A stretch of 64,000 bases of DNA from Eledone cirrhosa (Eukaryota): contig OZ024744.1 in the NCBI GenBank assembly GCA_964016885.1, positions 120,652,001-120,716,000 of the forward strand. The letters run 5' to 3'. Under the pieces are notes generated by a model. It was not told the origin of the DNA. It ran no database searches and was given only the letters and a program-made list of their open reading frames with translations. Position numbers and translations under genes: made by a program. Positions within the stretch are counted from its first letter, which is position 1; every line of letters starts with the position of its first letter. Shown in pieces: positions 26,901 through 42,200 of the stretch.

Positions 26901-29900
26901 TTCTTGAGACATTCTAACTCCATGTCCACAGTATCAGAGCTGTGAACTCTCAATTCAGAGATTCTTTCCTGAGACATTCTAACCACATTTCATAGTATCA
27001 GATCTGTGATCTCTCAATTCAGAGATTCTTTCCTGAGACATTCTAACCACATGTCATAGTATCAGAGCTGTGATCTTTCAATTCAGAGATTCTTTCCTGA
27101 GACATTATAACCACATGTCATAGTATCAGAACTGTGATCTCTCAATTCAGAGATTCTTTCCTCAGACATTCTAACCACATCTCATAGTATCAGAGCTGTG
27201 ATCTCTCAATTCAGAGATTCTTTCCTGAGATATTCTAACCAAATGTCATAGTATCAGATCTGTGATATCTCAATTCAGAGATTCTTTCCTGAGATATGTT
27301 AACCACATATCATAGTATCAGAGCTGTCATCTCTCAATTCAGAGATTCTTTCCTGAGACGTTCTAACCACATGTCATAATATCAGAGCTATGATCTCTCA
27401 ATTCAGAGATTCTTTCCTGAAACATTCTAACCTCATGTCTGTAGTATCAGATCTGTGATCTCTCAATTCAGAGATTCTTTCCTGATACATTCTAACCACA
27501 TGTCATAGTATCAGAGCTGTGATCTATCAATTCAGAGATTCTTTCCTGAGACATTCTAACCACATGTCATAGTATCAGAACTGTGATCTCTCAATTCAGA
27601 GATTCTTTCCTCAGACATTCTAACCACATCTCATAGTATCAGATCTGTGATATCTCAATTCAGAGATTCTTTCTTGAGACATTCCAACTCCATGTCCACA
27701 GTATCAGAGCTGTGAACTCTCAATTCAGAGATTCTTTCCTGAGACATTCTAACCGCATGTCACAATATCAGAGCTGTGATCGCTCAGTTCAGAGATTCCT
27801 TCCTCAGACATTCTAACCACATCTCCTAGTATCAGAGCTGTGATCTCTCAATTCAGAGATTCTTTCCTGAGATATTCTAACCAAATGTCATAGTATCAGA
27901 TCTGTGATATCTCAATTGAGAGATTCTTTCCTGAGCTATGTTAACCACATGTCATAGTATCAGAGCTGTGATCTCTCAATTTAGATATTCTTTCCTGAGA
28001 CATTCTAACCACATGTAATAGTATCGGAGCTGTGATATCTCAATTCAGAGATTCTTTCCTGAGACATTCTAACCACATGTCATAGTATTAGAGCTGTGAT
28101 ATCTCAATTCAGAGATTCTTTCCTGAGATATTCTAACTACATGTCATAGTATCAGATCTGTGATCTCTCAATTCAGAGATTCTTTCTTGAGACATTCTAA
28201 CTCCATGTCCACACTATCAGAGCTGTGAACTCTCAATTCAGAGATTCTTTCCTGAGACATTCTAACCACATTTCATAGTATCAGATCTGTGATCTCTCAA
28301 TTCAGGGATTCTTTCCTGAAACATTCTAACCACATGTCATAGTATAAGAACTGTGATCTCTCAATTCAGAGATTCTTTCCTCAGACATTCTAACCACATC
28401 TCATAGTATCAGAGCTGTGATCTCTCAATTCAGAGATTCTTTCCTGAGATATTCTAACCAAATGTCATAGTATCAGATCTGTGATATCTCAATTCAGAGA
28501 TTCTTTCTTGAGACATTCCAACTCCATGTCCACAGTATCAGAGCTGTGAACTCTCAATTCAGAGATTCTTTCCTGACACATTCTAACCACATGTCATAGT
28601 ATCAGAGCTGTGATCTCTCAATTCAGATATTCTTTTCTGAGACATTCTAACCACACGTCATAGTATCAGAGCTGTGATCTCTCAATTTAGATATTCTTTC
28701 CTGAGATATTCTAACCACATGTCATAGTATCAGAGCTGTGATCTCTCAATTCAGAGATTCTTTCCTGAGACATTCTAACCACATGTCATAGTATCAGAGC
28801 TGTGATCTCTCAATTCAGAGATTCTTTCCTGAGACATTCTAACCACATGTCATAGTATCAGAACTGTGATCTCTCAATTCAGAAATTCTTTCCTGAGACA
28901 TTCTAACCACATGTCATAGTATCAGAGCTGTGAACTCTCAATTCAGAGATTCTTTCCTGATACATTCTAACCACATGTCATAGTATCAGAGCTGTGATCT
29001 CTCAATTCAGAAATTATTTCCTGAGACATTCTAACCACATCATAGTATCAGAGCTGTGATATCTCAATTCAGAGATTCTTTCATAAGACATTCTAACCAC
29101 ATGTCATAGTATCAGAGCTGTGATCTCTCAATTCAGAGATTCTTTCCTGAGAAATTCTAACCTCATGTCTGTAGTATCAGAGCTGTGATCTCTCAATTCA
29201 GAGATTCTTTCCTGAGACATTCTAACCCTATGTCTGTAGTATCAGAGCTGTATGCTCTCAATTCAGAGATTCTTTCCTGTGATATTCTAACCACATGTCA
29301 TAGTATCAGATCTGTGATCTCTCAATTCAGAGATTCTTTCTTGAGACATTCTAACTCCATGTCCACAGAATCAGAGCTGTGAACTCTCAATTCAGAGATT
29401 CTTTCCTGAGACATTCTAACCACATGTCATAGTATCAGAGCTGTGATCTCTTAATTTAGAGATTCTTTCATGAGATATTCTAACCAAATGTCATAGTATC
29501 AGAGCTGTGATCTCTCAATTCAGAGATTCTTTCCCGAGACATTCTAACCACATGTCATATTATCAGTGGTGTGATCTCTCAATTCAGATATTCTTTCCTG
29601 AGACATTCTAACCACATGTCATAGGATCAGAGTTGTGATCTCTCAATTCAGAGATTCTTTCCTGAGATATTCTAACCACATGTCATAGTATCAGAGCTAT
29701 GATCTCTCAATTCAGAGATTCTTTTCTGAGACATTCTAACCAAAAGTCATAGTATCAGAGCTGTGATATCTCAATTCAGAGATTCTTTCCTGAGACATTC
29801 TAACCACATGTCTGTAGTATCAGAGCTGTGATCTCTCAATTCAGAGATTCTTTCCTGAGACATTCTAACCACATGTCATAGTATCAGTGCTGTGATCTCT

Positions 29901-32900
29901 CAATTCAGAGATTCTTTCCTGAGATATTCTAACCACATGTCATAGTATCAGAGCTGTGATCTCTCAATTCAGTGATTCTTTCCTGGGATATTCTAACCAG
30001 ATGTCATAGTATCAGAGCTGTGATCTCTCAACTCAGAGATTCTTTCCTGAGACATTCTAACCACAAGTCATAGTATCAGAGCTGTGATATCTCAATTGAG
30101 AGATTCTTTCCTGAGCTATGTTAACCACATGTCATAGTATCAGAGCTGTGATCTCTCAATTTAGATATTCTTTCCTGAGACATTCTAACCACATGTCATA
30201 GTATCGGAGCTGTGATATCTCAATTCAGATATTCTTTCCTGAGATATTCTAACCACATGTCATAGTATCAATGCTGTGATCTCTCAATTCAGAGATTCTT
30301 TCCTGAGATATTCTAACCACATGTCATAGTATCAGAGCTGTGATCTCTCAATTCAGAGATTCTTTCCTGAGACATTCTAACCACATGTCATAGTATTAGA
30401 GCTGTGATATCTCAATTCAGAGATTCTTTCCTGAGATATTCTAACTACATGTCATAGTATCAGATCTGTGATCTCTCAATTCAGAGATTCTTTCTTGAGA
30501 CATTCTAACTCCATGTCCACAGTATCAGAGCTGTGAACTCTCAATTCAGAGATTCTTTCCTGAGACATTCTAACCACATTTCATAGTATCAGATCTGTGA
30601 TCTCTCAATTCAGAGATTCTTTCCTGAGACATTCTAACCACATGTCATAGTATCAGAGCTGTGATCTTTCAATTCAGAGATTCTTTCCTGAGACATTATA
30701 ACCACATGTCATAGTATCAGAACTGTGATCTCTCAATTCAGAGATTCTTTCCTCAGACATTCTAACCACATCTCATAGTATCAGAGCTGTGATCTCTCAA
30801 TTCAGAGATTCTTTCCTGAGATATTCTAACCAAATGTCATAGTATCAGATCTGTGATATCTCAATTCAGAGATTCTTTCTTGAGACATTCCAACTCCATG
30901 TCCACAGTATCAGAGCTGTGAACTCTCAATTCAGAGATTCTTTCCTGAGACATTCTAACCACATGTCACAGTATCAGAGCTGTGATCTCTCAGTTCAGAG
31001 ATTCTTTCCTCAGACATTCTAACCACATCTCATAGTATCAGAGCTGTGATCTCTCAATTCAGAGATTCTTTCCTGACACATTCTAACCACATGTCATAGT
31101 ATCAGAGCTGTGATCTCTCAATTCAGATATTCTTTCCTGAGACATTCTAACCACACGTCATAGTATCAGAGCTGTGATCTCTCAATTTAGATATTCTTTC
31201 TTGAGATATTCTAACCACATGTCATAGTATCAGAGCTGTGATCTCTCAATTCAGAGATTCTTTCCTGAGACATTCTAACCACATGTCATAGTATCAGAGC
31301 TGTGATCTCTCAATTCAGAGATTCTTTCCTGAGACATTCTAACCACATGTCATAGTATCAGAACTGTGATCTCTCAATTCAGAAATTCTTTCCTGAAACA
31401 TTCTAACCACATGTCATAGTATCAGAGCTGTGAACTCTCAATTCAGAGATTCTTTCCTGATACATTCTAACCACATGTCATAGTATCAGCGCTGTGATCT
31501 CTCAATTCAGAAATTCTTTCCTGAGACATTCTAACCACATCATAGTATCAGAGCTGTGATATCTCAATTCAGAGATTCTTTCATAAGACATTCTAACCAC
31601 ATGTCATAGTATCAGAGCTGTGATCTCTCAATTTAGATATTCTTTCATGAGATATTCTAACCACATGTCATAGTATCAGAGCTGTGATCTCCCAATTCAG
31701 AGATTCTTTCCTGAGACATGCTAACCACATGTCATAGTATTAGAGCTGTGATCTCTCAATTCAGAGATTCTTTCCTGAGACATTCTAAACACATGTCATA
31801 GTATCAGAGCTGTGATATCTCAATTCAGAGATTCTTTCCTGAGATATTCTAACCACATGTCATAGTATCAGAGCTGTGATCTCTCAATTCAGATATTCTT
31901 TCCTGAGACATTCTAACCACATGTCATAGGATCAGAGTTGTGATCTCTCAATTCAGAGATTCTTTCCTGAGATATTCTAACCACATGTCATAGTATCAGA
32001 GCTATGATCTCTCAATTCAGAGATTCTTTCCTGAGACATTCTAACCACAAGTCATAGTATCAGAGCTGTGATATCTCAACTCAGAGATTCTTTCCTGAGA
32101 CATTCTAACCACATGTCTGTAGTATCAGAGCTGTGATCTCTCAATTCAGAGATTCTTTCCTGAGACATTCTAACCACATGTCATAGTATCAGTGCTGTGA
32201 TCTCTCAATTCAGAGATTCTTTACTGAGATATTCTAACCACATGTCATAGTATCAGAGCTGTGATCTCTCAATTCAGTGATTCTTTCCTGGGATATTCTA
32301 ACCAGATGTCATATTATCAGAGCTGTGATCTCTCAACTCAGAGATTCTTTCCTGAGACATTCTAACCACAAGTCATAGTATCAGAGCTGTGATATCTCAA
32401 TTGAGAGATTCTTTCCTGAGCTATGTTAACCACATATCATAGTATCAGAGCTGTGATCTCTCAATTTAGATATTCTTTCTTGAGACATTCTAACCACATG
32501 TCATAGTATCGGATCTGTGAACTCTCAATTCAGAGATTCTTTCCTGAGACATTCTAACCACATTTCATAGTATCAGATCTGTGATCTCTCAATTCAGAGA
32601 TTCTTTCCTGAGACATTCTAACCACATGTCATAGTATCAGAGCTGTGATCTCTCAATTCAGAGATTCTTTCCTGAGACATTCTAACCACATGTCATAGTA
32701 TTAGAGCTGTGATATCTCAATTCAGAGATTCTTTCCTGAGATATTCTAACTACATGTCATAGTATCAGATCTGTGATCTCTCAATTCAGAGATTCTTTCT
32801 TGAGACATTCTAACTCCATGTCCACAGTATCAGAGCTGTGAACTCTCAATTCAGAGATTCTTTCCTGAGACATTCTAACCACATTTCATAGTATCAGATC

Positions 32901-34950
32901 TGTGATCTCTCAATTCAGAGATTCTTTCCTGAGACATTCTAACCACATGTCATAGTATCAGAGCTGTGATCTTTCAATTCAGAGATTCTTTCCTGAGACA
33001 TTATAACCACATGTCATAGTATCAGAACTGTGATCTCTCAATTCAGAGATTCTTTCCTCAGACATTCTAACCACATCTCATAGTATCAGAGCTGTGATCT
33101 CTCAATTCAGAGATTCTTTCCTGAGATATTCTAACCAAATGTCATAGTATCAGATCTGTGATATCTCAATTCAGAGATTCTTTCTTTAGACATTCCAACT
33201 CCATGTCCACAGTATCAGAGCTGTGAACTCTCAATTCAGAGATTCTTTCCTGAGACATTCTAACCACATGTCACAGTATCAGAGCTGTGATCTCTCAGTT
33301 CAGAGATTCTTTCCTCAGACATTCTAACCACATCTCATAGTATCAGAGCTGTGATCTCTCAATTCAGAGATTCTTTCCTGACACATTCTAACCACATGTC
33401 ATAGTATCAGAGCTGTGATCTCTCAATTCAGATATTCTTTCCTGAGACATTCTAACCACACGTCATAGTATCAGAGCTGTGATCTCTCAATTTAGATATT
33501 CTTTCCTGAGATATTCTAACCACATGTCATAGTATCAGAGCTGTGATCTCTCAATTCAGAGATTCTTTCCTGAGACATTCTAACCACATGTCATAGTATC
33601 AGAGCTGTGATCTCTCAATTCAGAGATTCTTTCCTGAGACATTCTAACCACATGTCATAGTATCAGAACTGTGATCTCACAATTCAGAAATTCTTTCCTG
33701 AGACATTCTAACCACATGTCATAGTATCAGAGCTGTGAACTCTCAATTCAGAGATTCTTTCCTGATACATTCTAACCACATGTCATAGTATCAGGGCTGT
33801 GATCTCTCAATTCAGAAATTCTTTCCTGAGACATTCTAACCACATCATAGTATCAGAGCTGTGATATCTCAATTCAGAGATTCTTTCATAAGACGTTCTA
33901 ACCACATGTCATAGTATCAGAGCTGTGATCTCTCAATTTAGATATTCTTTCCTGAGATATTCTAACCACATGTCATAGTATTAGAGCTGTGATCTCTCAA
34001 TTCAGAGATTCTTTCCTGAGACATTCTAACCCTATGTCTGTAGTATCAGAGCTCTATGCTCTCAATTCAGAGATTCTTTCCTGTGATATTCTAATGACAT
34101 GTCATAGTATCAGAGCTGTGATCTCTCAATTCAGAGATTCTTTCCTGAGACTTTCTAACCACATGTCATAGTATCAGAGCTGTGATCTCTTAATTTAGAG
34201 ATTCTTTCATGAGATATTCTAACCACATGTCATAGTATCAGAGCTGTGATCTCCCAATTCAGAGATTCTTTTCTGAGACATGCTAACCACATGTCATAGT
34301 ATTAGAGCTGTGATCTCTCAATTCAGAGATTCTTTCCTGAGACATTCTAAACACATGTCATAGTATCAGAGCTGTGATATCTCAATTCAGAGATTCTTTC
34401 CTGAGATATTCTAACCACATGTCATAGTATCAGTGCTGTGATCTCTCAATTCAGAGATTCTTTCCTGAGATATTCTAACCACATGTCATAGTATCAGAGC
34501 TGTGATCTCTCAATTCAGATATTCTTTCCTGAGACATTCTAAACACATGTAATAGGATCAGAGTTGTGTTCTCTCAATTCAGAGATTCTTTCCTGAGATA
34601 TTCTAACCACATGTCATAGTATCAGAGCTATGATCTCTCAATTCAGAGATTCTTTCCTGAGACATTCTAACCACAAGTCATAGTATCAGAGCTGTGATAT
34701 CTCAATTCAGAGATTCTTTCCTGAGACATTCTAACCACATGTCTGTAGTATCAGAGCTGTGATCTCTCAATTCAGAGATTCTTTCCTGAGACATTCTAAC
34801 CACATGTCATAGTATCAGTGCTGTGATCTCTCAATTCAGAGATTCTTTCCTGAGATATTCTAACCACATGTCATAGTATCAGAGCTGTGATCTCTCAATT
34901 CAGTGATTCTTTCCTGGGATATTCTAACCACATGTCATAGTATCAGAGCT
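20900..34950. repeat. Sub-array B: higher-order repeats with a different marker set
   Basis: Markers TTCATAAGAC, TTCCAACTCC, AACCAGATGT, GAGCTATGTT and TTATAACC (for example 27105, 30696, 33001) were seen only in this interval. Boundaries are approximate. Confidence 0.72.
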
Positions 34951-37900
34951 GTCATCTCTCAATTCAGAGATTCTTTCCTAAGACATTCTAACCACATGTC
35001 ATATTATCAGTGGTGTGATCTCTCAATTCAGATATTCTTTCATGAGATATTCTAACCACATATCATAGTATCAGAGCTGTGATCTCTCAAATCAGAGATT
35101 CTTTCCTGGGATATTCTAACCACATGTCATATTATCAGAGCTGTGATCTCTCAATTCAGAGATTCTTTCCTGAGACATTCTAACCACATGTCATAGGATC
35201 AGATTTATGATCTCTCAACTCAGAGATTCTTTCCTGAGATATTCTAACCACATGTCATATTATGAGAGCTGTGATCTCTCAATTCAGAGATTCTTTCATG
35301 AGACATTCTAACCACGTGTCATAGTATTAGAGCTGTGATCTCTCAATTCATAATTCTTTCCTGAGACACTCTAACCACATGTCATAGTATCAGAGCTGTG
35401 ATCTCTCAATTCAGAGATTCTTTCCTGAGACATTCTAACCACATGTCATAGTATCAGAGCTGTGATATCTCAATTGAGAGATTCTTTCCTGAGATATTTT
35501 AACCACATATGATAGTATCAGAGCTGTCATCTCTCAATTCAGAGATTCTTTCCTGAGACATTCTAACCACATGTCATAGTATTAGAGCTGTGATCTCTCA
35601 ATTCAGAGATTCTTTCCTGAGACATTCTAAACACATTTCATAGTATCAGAGCTGTGATCTCTCAATTTAGAGATTCTTTCCTGAGATATTCTAACCACAT
35701 GTCATAATATCAGAGCTATGATCTCTCAATTCAGAGATTCTTTCATGAGACATTCTAACCACGTGTCATAGTATTAGAGCTGTGATCTCTCAATTCATAA
35801 TTCTTTCCTGAGACATTCTAACCACATGTCTGTAGTAACAGAGCTGTGATCTCTCAATTCAGAGATTCTCTCCTGATACATTCTAACCACATGTCATAGT
35901 ATCAGAGCTGTGATCTCTCAATTCAGAGATTCTTTCCTGAGACATTCTAACCACGTCATAGTATCAAAGCTGTGATATCTCAATTCAGAGATTCTTTCCT
36001 GAGACATTCTAACCACATGTCATCGTATCAGAGCTGTGATTTCTCAATTTAGATATTCTTTCCTGAGATATTCTAACCACATGTCATAGTATTAGAGCTG
36101 TGATCTCTCAATTCAGAGATTCTTTCCTCAGACATTCTAACCACATGTCATAGTATCAGAGCTGTGATCTCTCAATTCAGAGATTCTTTCCTGGGATATT
36201 TTAACTACATGTCATAGTATCAGAGCTGTGATCTCTCAATTCAGAGATTCTTTCCTGAGACATTCTAACCACATGTCATAGTATCAGTGCTGTGATCTCT
36301 CAATATAGAGATTCTTTCCTGAGATATTCTAACCACATGTCATAGTATCAGATCTGTGATCTCTCAATTCAGAGATTCTTTCCTGGGATATTTTAACTAC
36401 ATGTCATAGTATCAGAGCTGTGATCTCTCAATTCAGAGATTCTTTCCTGAGACATTCTAACCACATGTCATAGTATCAGTGCTGTGATCTCTCAATATAG
36501 AGATTCTTTCCTGAGATATTCTAACCACATGTCATAGTATCAGAGTTGTGATCACTCAATTCAGAGATTCTTTCCTGAGATATTCTAACCACATGTCATA
36601 GTATCAGAGCTGTGATCTCTCAATTCAGAGATTCTTTCCTGAGACATTCTAACCACATGTCATAGTATTAGAGCTGTGATCTCTCAATTCAGAGATTCTT
36701 TCCTGAGACATTCTTACCACATGTCATAGTATCAGAGCTGTGATCTTTCAATTTAGAGATTCTTTCCTGAGACATTCTAACCACATGTCATAGTATCAGA
36801 GCTGTGATATCTCAATTCAGAGATTCTTTTCTGAGATATTCTAACCACATCTCATAATATCAGATCTGTGATCTCTCAATTCAGAGATTCTTTCCTGAGA
36901 CATTCTAACCACATGTCATAGTATCAGAGCTGTGAACTCTCAATTCAGAGATTCTTTCCTGATACATTCTAACCACATGTCATAGTATCAGAGCTGTGAT
37001 CTCTCAATTCAGAGATTCTTTCCTGAGACATTCTAACCACGTCATAGTATCAGAGCTGTGATATCTCAATTCAGAGATTCTTTCATGAGACATTCTAACC
37101 ACATGTCATAGTATCAGAGCTGTGATCTCTCAATTTAGATATTCTTTCCTGTGATATTCTAACCACATGTCATATTATTAGAGCTGTGATCTCTCAATTC
37201 AGAGATTCTTTCCTGAGACATTCTAACCACATGTCATAGTATCAGAGCTGTGAACTCTCAATTCAGAGATTCTTTCCTGATACATTCTAACCACATGTCA
37301 TAGTATTAGAGCTGTGATCTCTCAATTCAGAGATTCTTTCCTGAGACATTCTAACCACGTCATAGTATCAGAGCTGTGATGTCTCAATTCAGAGATTCTT
37401 TCATGAGACATTCTAACCACATGTCATAGTATCAGAGCTGTGATCTCTCAATTCAGAGATTCTTTCCTGAGACATTCTAACCACATGTCTGTAGTAACAG
37501 AGCTGTGATCTCTCAATTCAGAGATTCTCTCCTGATACATTCTAACCACATGTCATAGTATCAGAGCTGTGATCTCTCAATTCAGAGATTCTTTCCTGAG
37601 ACATTCTAACCACGTCATAGTATCAGAGCTGTGATATCTCAATTCAGAGATTCTTTCCTGAGACATTCTAACCACATGTCATCGTATCAGAGCTGTGATT
37701 TCTCAATTTAGATATTCTTTCCTGAGATATTCTAACCACATGTCATAGTATTAGAGCTGTGATCTCTCAATTCAGAGATTTTTTCCTGGGATATTTTAAC
37801 TACATGTCATAGTATCAGAGCTGTGATCTCTCAATTCAGAGATTCTTTCCTGAGACATTCTAACCACATGTCATAGTATCAGTGCTGTGATCTCTCAATA

Positions 37901-39239
37901 TAGAGATTCTTTCCTGAGATATTCTAACCACATGTCATAGTATCAGAGTTGTGATCTCTCAATTCAGAGATTCTTTCCTGAGATATTCTAACCACATGTC
38001 ATAGTATCAGAGCTGTGATCTCTCAATTCAGAGATTCTTTCCTGAGACATTCTAACCACATGTCATAGTATTAGAGCTGTGATCTCTCAATTCAGAGATT
38101 CTTTTCTGAGACATTCTTACCACATGTCATAGTATCAGAGCTGTGATCTTTCAATTTAGAGATTCTTTCCTGAGACATTCTAACCACATGTCATAGTATC
38201 AGAGCTGTGATATCTCAATTCAGAGATTCTATTCTGAGATATTCTAACCACATGTCATAATATCAGAGCTGTGATCTCTCAATTCAGAGATTCTTTCCTG
38301 AGACATTCTAACCACATGTCATAGTATCAGAGCTGTGAACTCTCAATTCAGAGATTCTTTCCTGATACATTCTAACCACATGTCATAGTATCAGAGCTGT
38401 GATCTCTCAATTCAGAGATTCTTTCCTGAGACATTCTAACCACGTCATAGTATCAGAGCTGTGATATCTCAATTCAGAGATTCTTTCATGAGACATTCTA
38501 ACCACATGTCATAGTATCAGAGCTGTGATCTCTCAATTTAGATATTCTTTCCTGTGATATTCTAACCACATGTCATATTATTAGAGCTGTGATCTCTCAA
38601 TTCAGAGATTCTTTCCTGAGACATTCTAACCACATGTCATAGTATCAGAGCTGTGATCTCTCAATTCAGAGATTCTTTCCTGAGACATTCTAACCACATG
38701 TGATAGTGTCAGAACTGTGATCTCTCAATTCAGAAATTCTTTCCTGAGACATTCTAACCACATGTCATAGTATCAGAGCTGTGAACTCTCAATTCAGAGA
38801 TTCTTTCCTGATACATTCTAACCACATGTCATAGTATCAGAGCTGTGATCTCTCAATTCAGAGATTCTTTCCTGAGACATTCTAACCACATGTCATAGTA
38901 TCAGAGCTGTGATCTCTCAATTCAGAGATTCTTTCCTGAGAAATTCTAACCTCATGTCTGTAGTATCAGAGCTGTGATCTCTCAATTCAGAGATTCTTTC
39001 CTGAGACATTCTAACCACATGTCATAGTATCAGAACTGTGATCTCTCAATTCAGAAATTCTTTCCTGAGACATTCTAACCACACGTCATAGTATCAGAGC
39101 TGTGAACTCTCAATTCAGAGATACTTTCCTGATACATTCTAACCACATGTCATAGTATTAGAGCTGTGATCTCTCAATTCAGTGATTCTTTCCTGAGACA
39201 TTCTAACCACGTCATAGTATCAGAGCTGTGATGTCTCAA

Positions 39240-42200
39240 TTCAGAGATTCTTTCATGAGACATTCTAACCACATGTCATAGTATCAGAGCTGTGATCTCT
39301 CAATTTAGATATTCTTTCCTGTGATATTCTAACCACATGTCATATTATTAGAGCTGTGATCTCTCAATTCAGAGATTCTTTCCTGAGACATTCTAACCAC
39401 ATGTCATAGTATCAGAGCTGTGATCTCTCAATTCAGAGATTCTTTCCTGAGACATTCTAACCACATGTCATAGTATCAGAACTGTGATCTCTCAATTCGG
39501 AAATTCTTTCCTGAGACATTCTAACCACATGTCATAGTATCAGAGCTGTGAACTCTCAATTCAGAGATTCTTTCCTGATACATTCTAACCACATGTCATA
39601 GTATCAGAGCTGTGATCTCTCAATTCAGAGATTCTTTCCTGAGACATTCTAACCACATGTCATAGTATCAGAGCTGTGATCTCTCGATTCAGAGATTCTT
39701 TCCTGAGACATTCTAACCACATGTCATAGTATCAGAGCTGTGATCTCTCAATTCAGAGATTCTTTCCTGAGAAATTCTAACCTCATGTCTGTATTATCAG
39801 AGCTGTGATCTCTCAATTCAGAGATTCTTTCCTGAGACATTCTAACCACATGTCATAGTATCAGAACTGTGATCTCTCAATTCAGAAATTCTTTCCTGAG
39901 ACATTCTAACCACATGTCATAGTATCAGAGCTGTGAACTCTCAATTCAGAGATTCTTTCCTGATACATTCTAACCACATGTCATAGTATTAGAGCTGTGA
40001 TCTCTCAATTCAGAGATTCTTTCCTGAGACATTCTAACCACGTCATAGTATCAGAGCTGTGATGTCTCAATTCAGACATTCTTTCATGAGACATTCTAAC
40101 CACATGTCATAGTATCAGAGCTGTGATCTCTCAATTCAGAGATTCTTTCCTGAGACATTCTAACCACATCTCATAGTATCAGATCTGTGATCTCTCAATT
40201 CAGAGATTCTTTCCTGGTATATTCTAACCACATGTCATAGTGTCAGAGCTGTGATCTCTCAATTCAGAGATTCTTTCCTGAGACATTCTAACCACATCTC
40301 ATAGTCTAAGGCTGTGATATCTCAATTCAGAGATTCTTTCCTGAGACATTCTTACCACATGTCATAGTATCAGAGCTGTGATCTCTCAATTTAGAGATTC
40401 TTTCCTGATACATTCTAACCACATGTCATAGTATTAGAGCTGTGATATCTCAATTCAGAGATTCTTTCCTGAGATATTCTAACCACATGTCATAGTATCA
40501 GAGCTGTGATCTCTCAATTCAGAGATTCTTTCCTGAGAAATTCTAACCTCATGTCTGTAGTATCAGAACTGTGATCTCTCAATTCAGAGAATCTTTCATG
40601 AGACATTCTAACTCCATGTCCACAGTATCAGAGCTGTGATCTCTCAATTCAGAGATTCTTTCCTGAGAAATTCTAACCACATGTCATAGTACCAGTGCTG
40701 TCATCTCTCAATATAGAGATTCTTTCCTGAGATATTCTAACTACATGTCATAGTATCAGAGCTGTGATCTCTCAATTCAGGGATTCTTTCCTGGGATATT
40801 CTAACCACATGTCATAGTATCAGAGCTGTGATATCTCAATTCAGAATTTCTTTCCTGATATATTCTAACCACATGTCATAGTATCAGAGCTGTGATCTCT
40901 CAATTCAGAGATTCTTTCCTGAGAACTTCTAACCACATGTCATATTATCAGAGCTGTGATCTCTCAATTCAGAGATTCTTTCCTGAGACATTCTAACCAC
41001 ATGTAATAGTATAAGAGCTGTGATCTCTCAATTCAGAGATTCTTTCCTGAGACATTCTAACCACATGTCATAGTATCAGAACTGTGAACTCTCAATTCAG
41101 AGATTCTTTACTGATACATTCTAACCACATGTCATAGTATCAGGGCTGTGATCTCTCAATTCAGAGATTCTTTCCTGAGGCATTCAAACCACGTCATATT
41201 ATCAGAGCTGTGATCTCTCAATTCAGAGATTCTTTCATGAGATATTCTAACCACATGTCATAGTATCAGAGTTGTGATCTCTCAATTTAGATATTCTTTC
41301 CTGAGATATTCTAACCACATGTCATAGTATTAGAGCTGTGATCTCTCAATTCAGAAATTTTTTCCTGAGACATTCTAACCACATGTCATAGTATCAGAGC
41401 TGTGATCTCTCAATTCAGAGATTCTTTCCTGAGACATTCTAACTATATGTCAGAGTATCAGAACTGTGATCTCTCTATTCAGAAATTCTTTCCTGAGACT
41501 TTCTAACCACATGTCATAGTATCAGAGCTGTGAACTCTCAATTCAGAGATTCTTTCCTGATACATTCTAACTACATGTCATAGTATCAGAGCTGTGATCT
41601 CTCAATTCAGAGATTCTTTCCTGAGACATTCTAACCACATGTCATTGTATCGGAGCTGTGATCTCTCAATTCAGAGATTCTTTCCTGAGACATTCTAAAC
41701 ACATGTCATAGTATCAGAGCTGTGATCTCTCAATTCAGAGATTCTTTCCTGAGAAATTCTAACCTCATGTCTGTAGTGTCAGAGCTGTGATCTCTCAATT
41801 CAGAGATTCTTTCCTGAGACATTCTAACCACATGTCATAGTATCAGAGCTGTGATCTCTCAATTTAGATATTCTTTCCTGAAATATTCTAACCACATGTC
41901 ATAGTATTAGAGCTGTGATCTCTCAATTCAGAGATTCTTTCCTGAGACATTCTAACCCCTTGTCTGTAGTATCAGAGCTGTATGCTCTCAATTCAGAGAT
42001 TCTTTCCTGAGACTTTCTAACCACATGTCATTGTATCGGACCTGTGATCTCTCAATTCAGAGATTCTTTCCTGAGACATTCTAACCACATGTCATAGTAT
42101 CAGAGCTGTGATCTCTCAATTCAGAGATTCTTTCCTCAGACATTCTAAGCACATGTCTTAGTATCAGAGCTGTGATCTCTCAATTCAGAGATTCTTTCCT

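Noticed and set aside
29185-29382. 65-aa ORF similar to the first
   Set aside because: Same monomer haplotype (CCTATGTCTG...TATGCTC...CCTGTGATA) copied by array duplication. The similarity reflects the DNA repeat, not protein conservation.
33989-34171. 60-aa ORF, third copy
   Set aside because: Same reason. The 64-bp period is not a multiple of 3 and the monomer carries TGA, TAA and TAG, so the array cannot encode a repeat protein.
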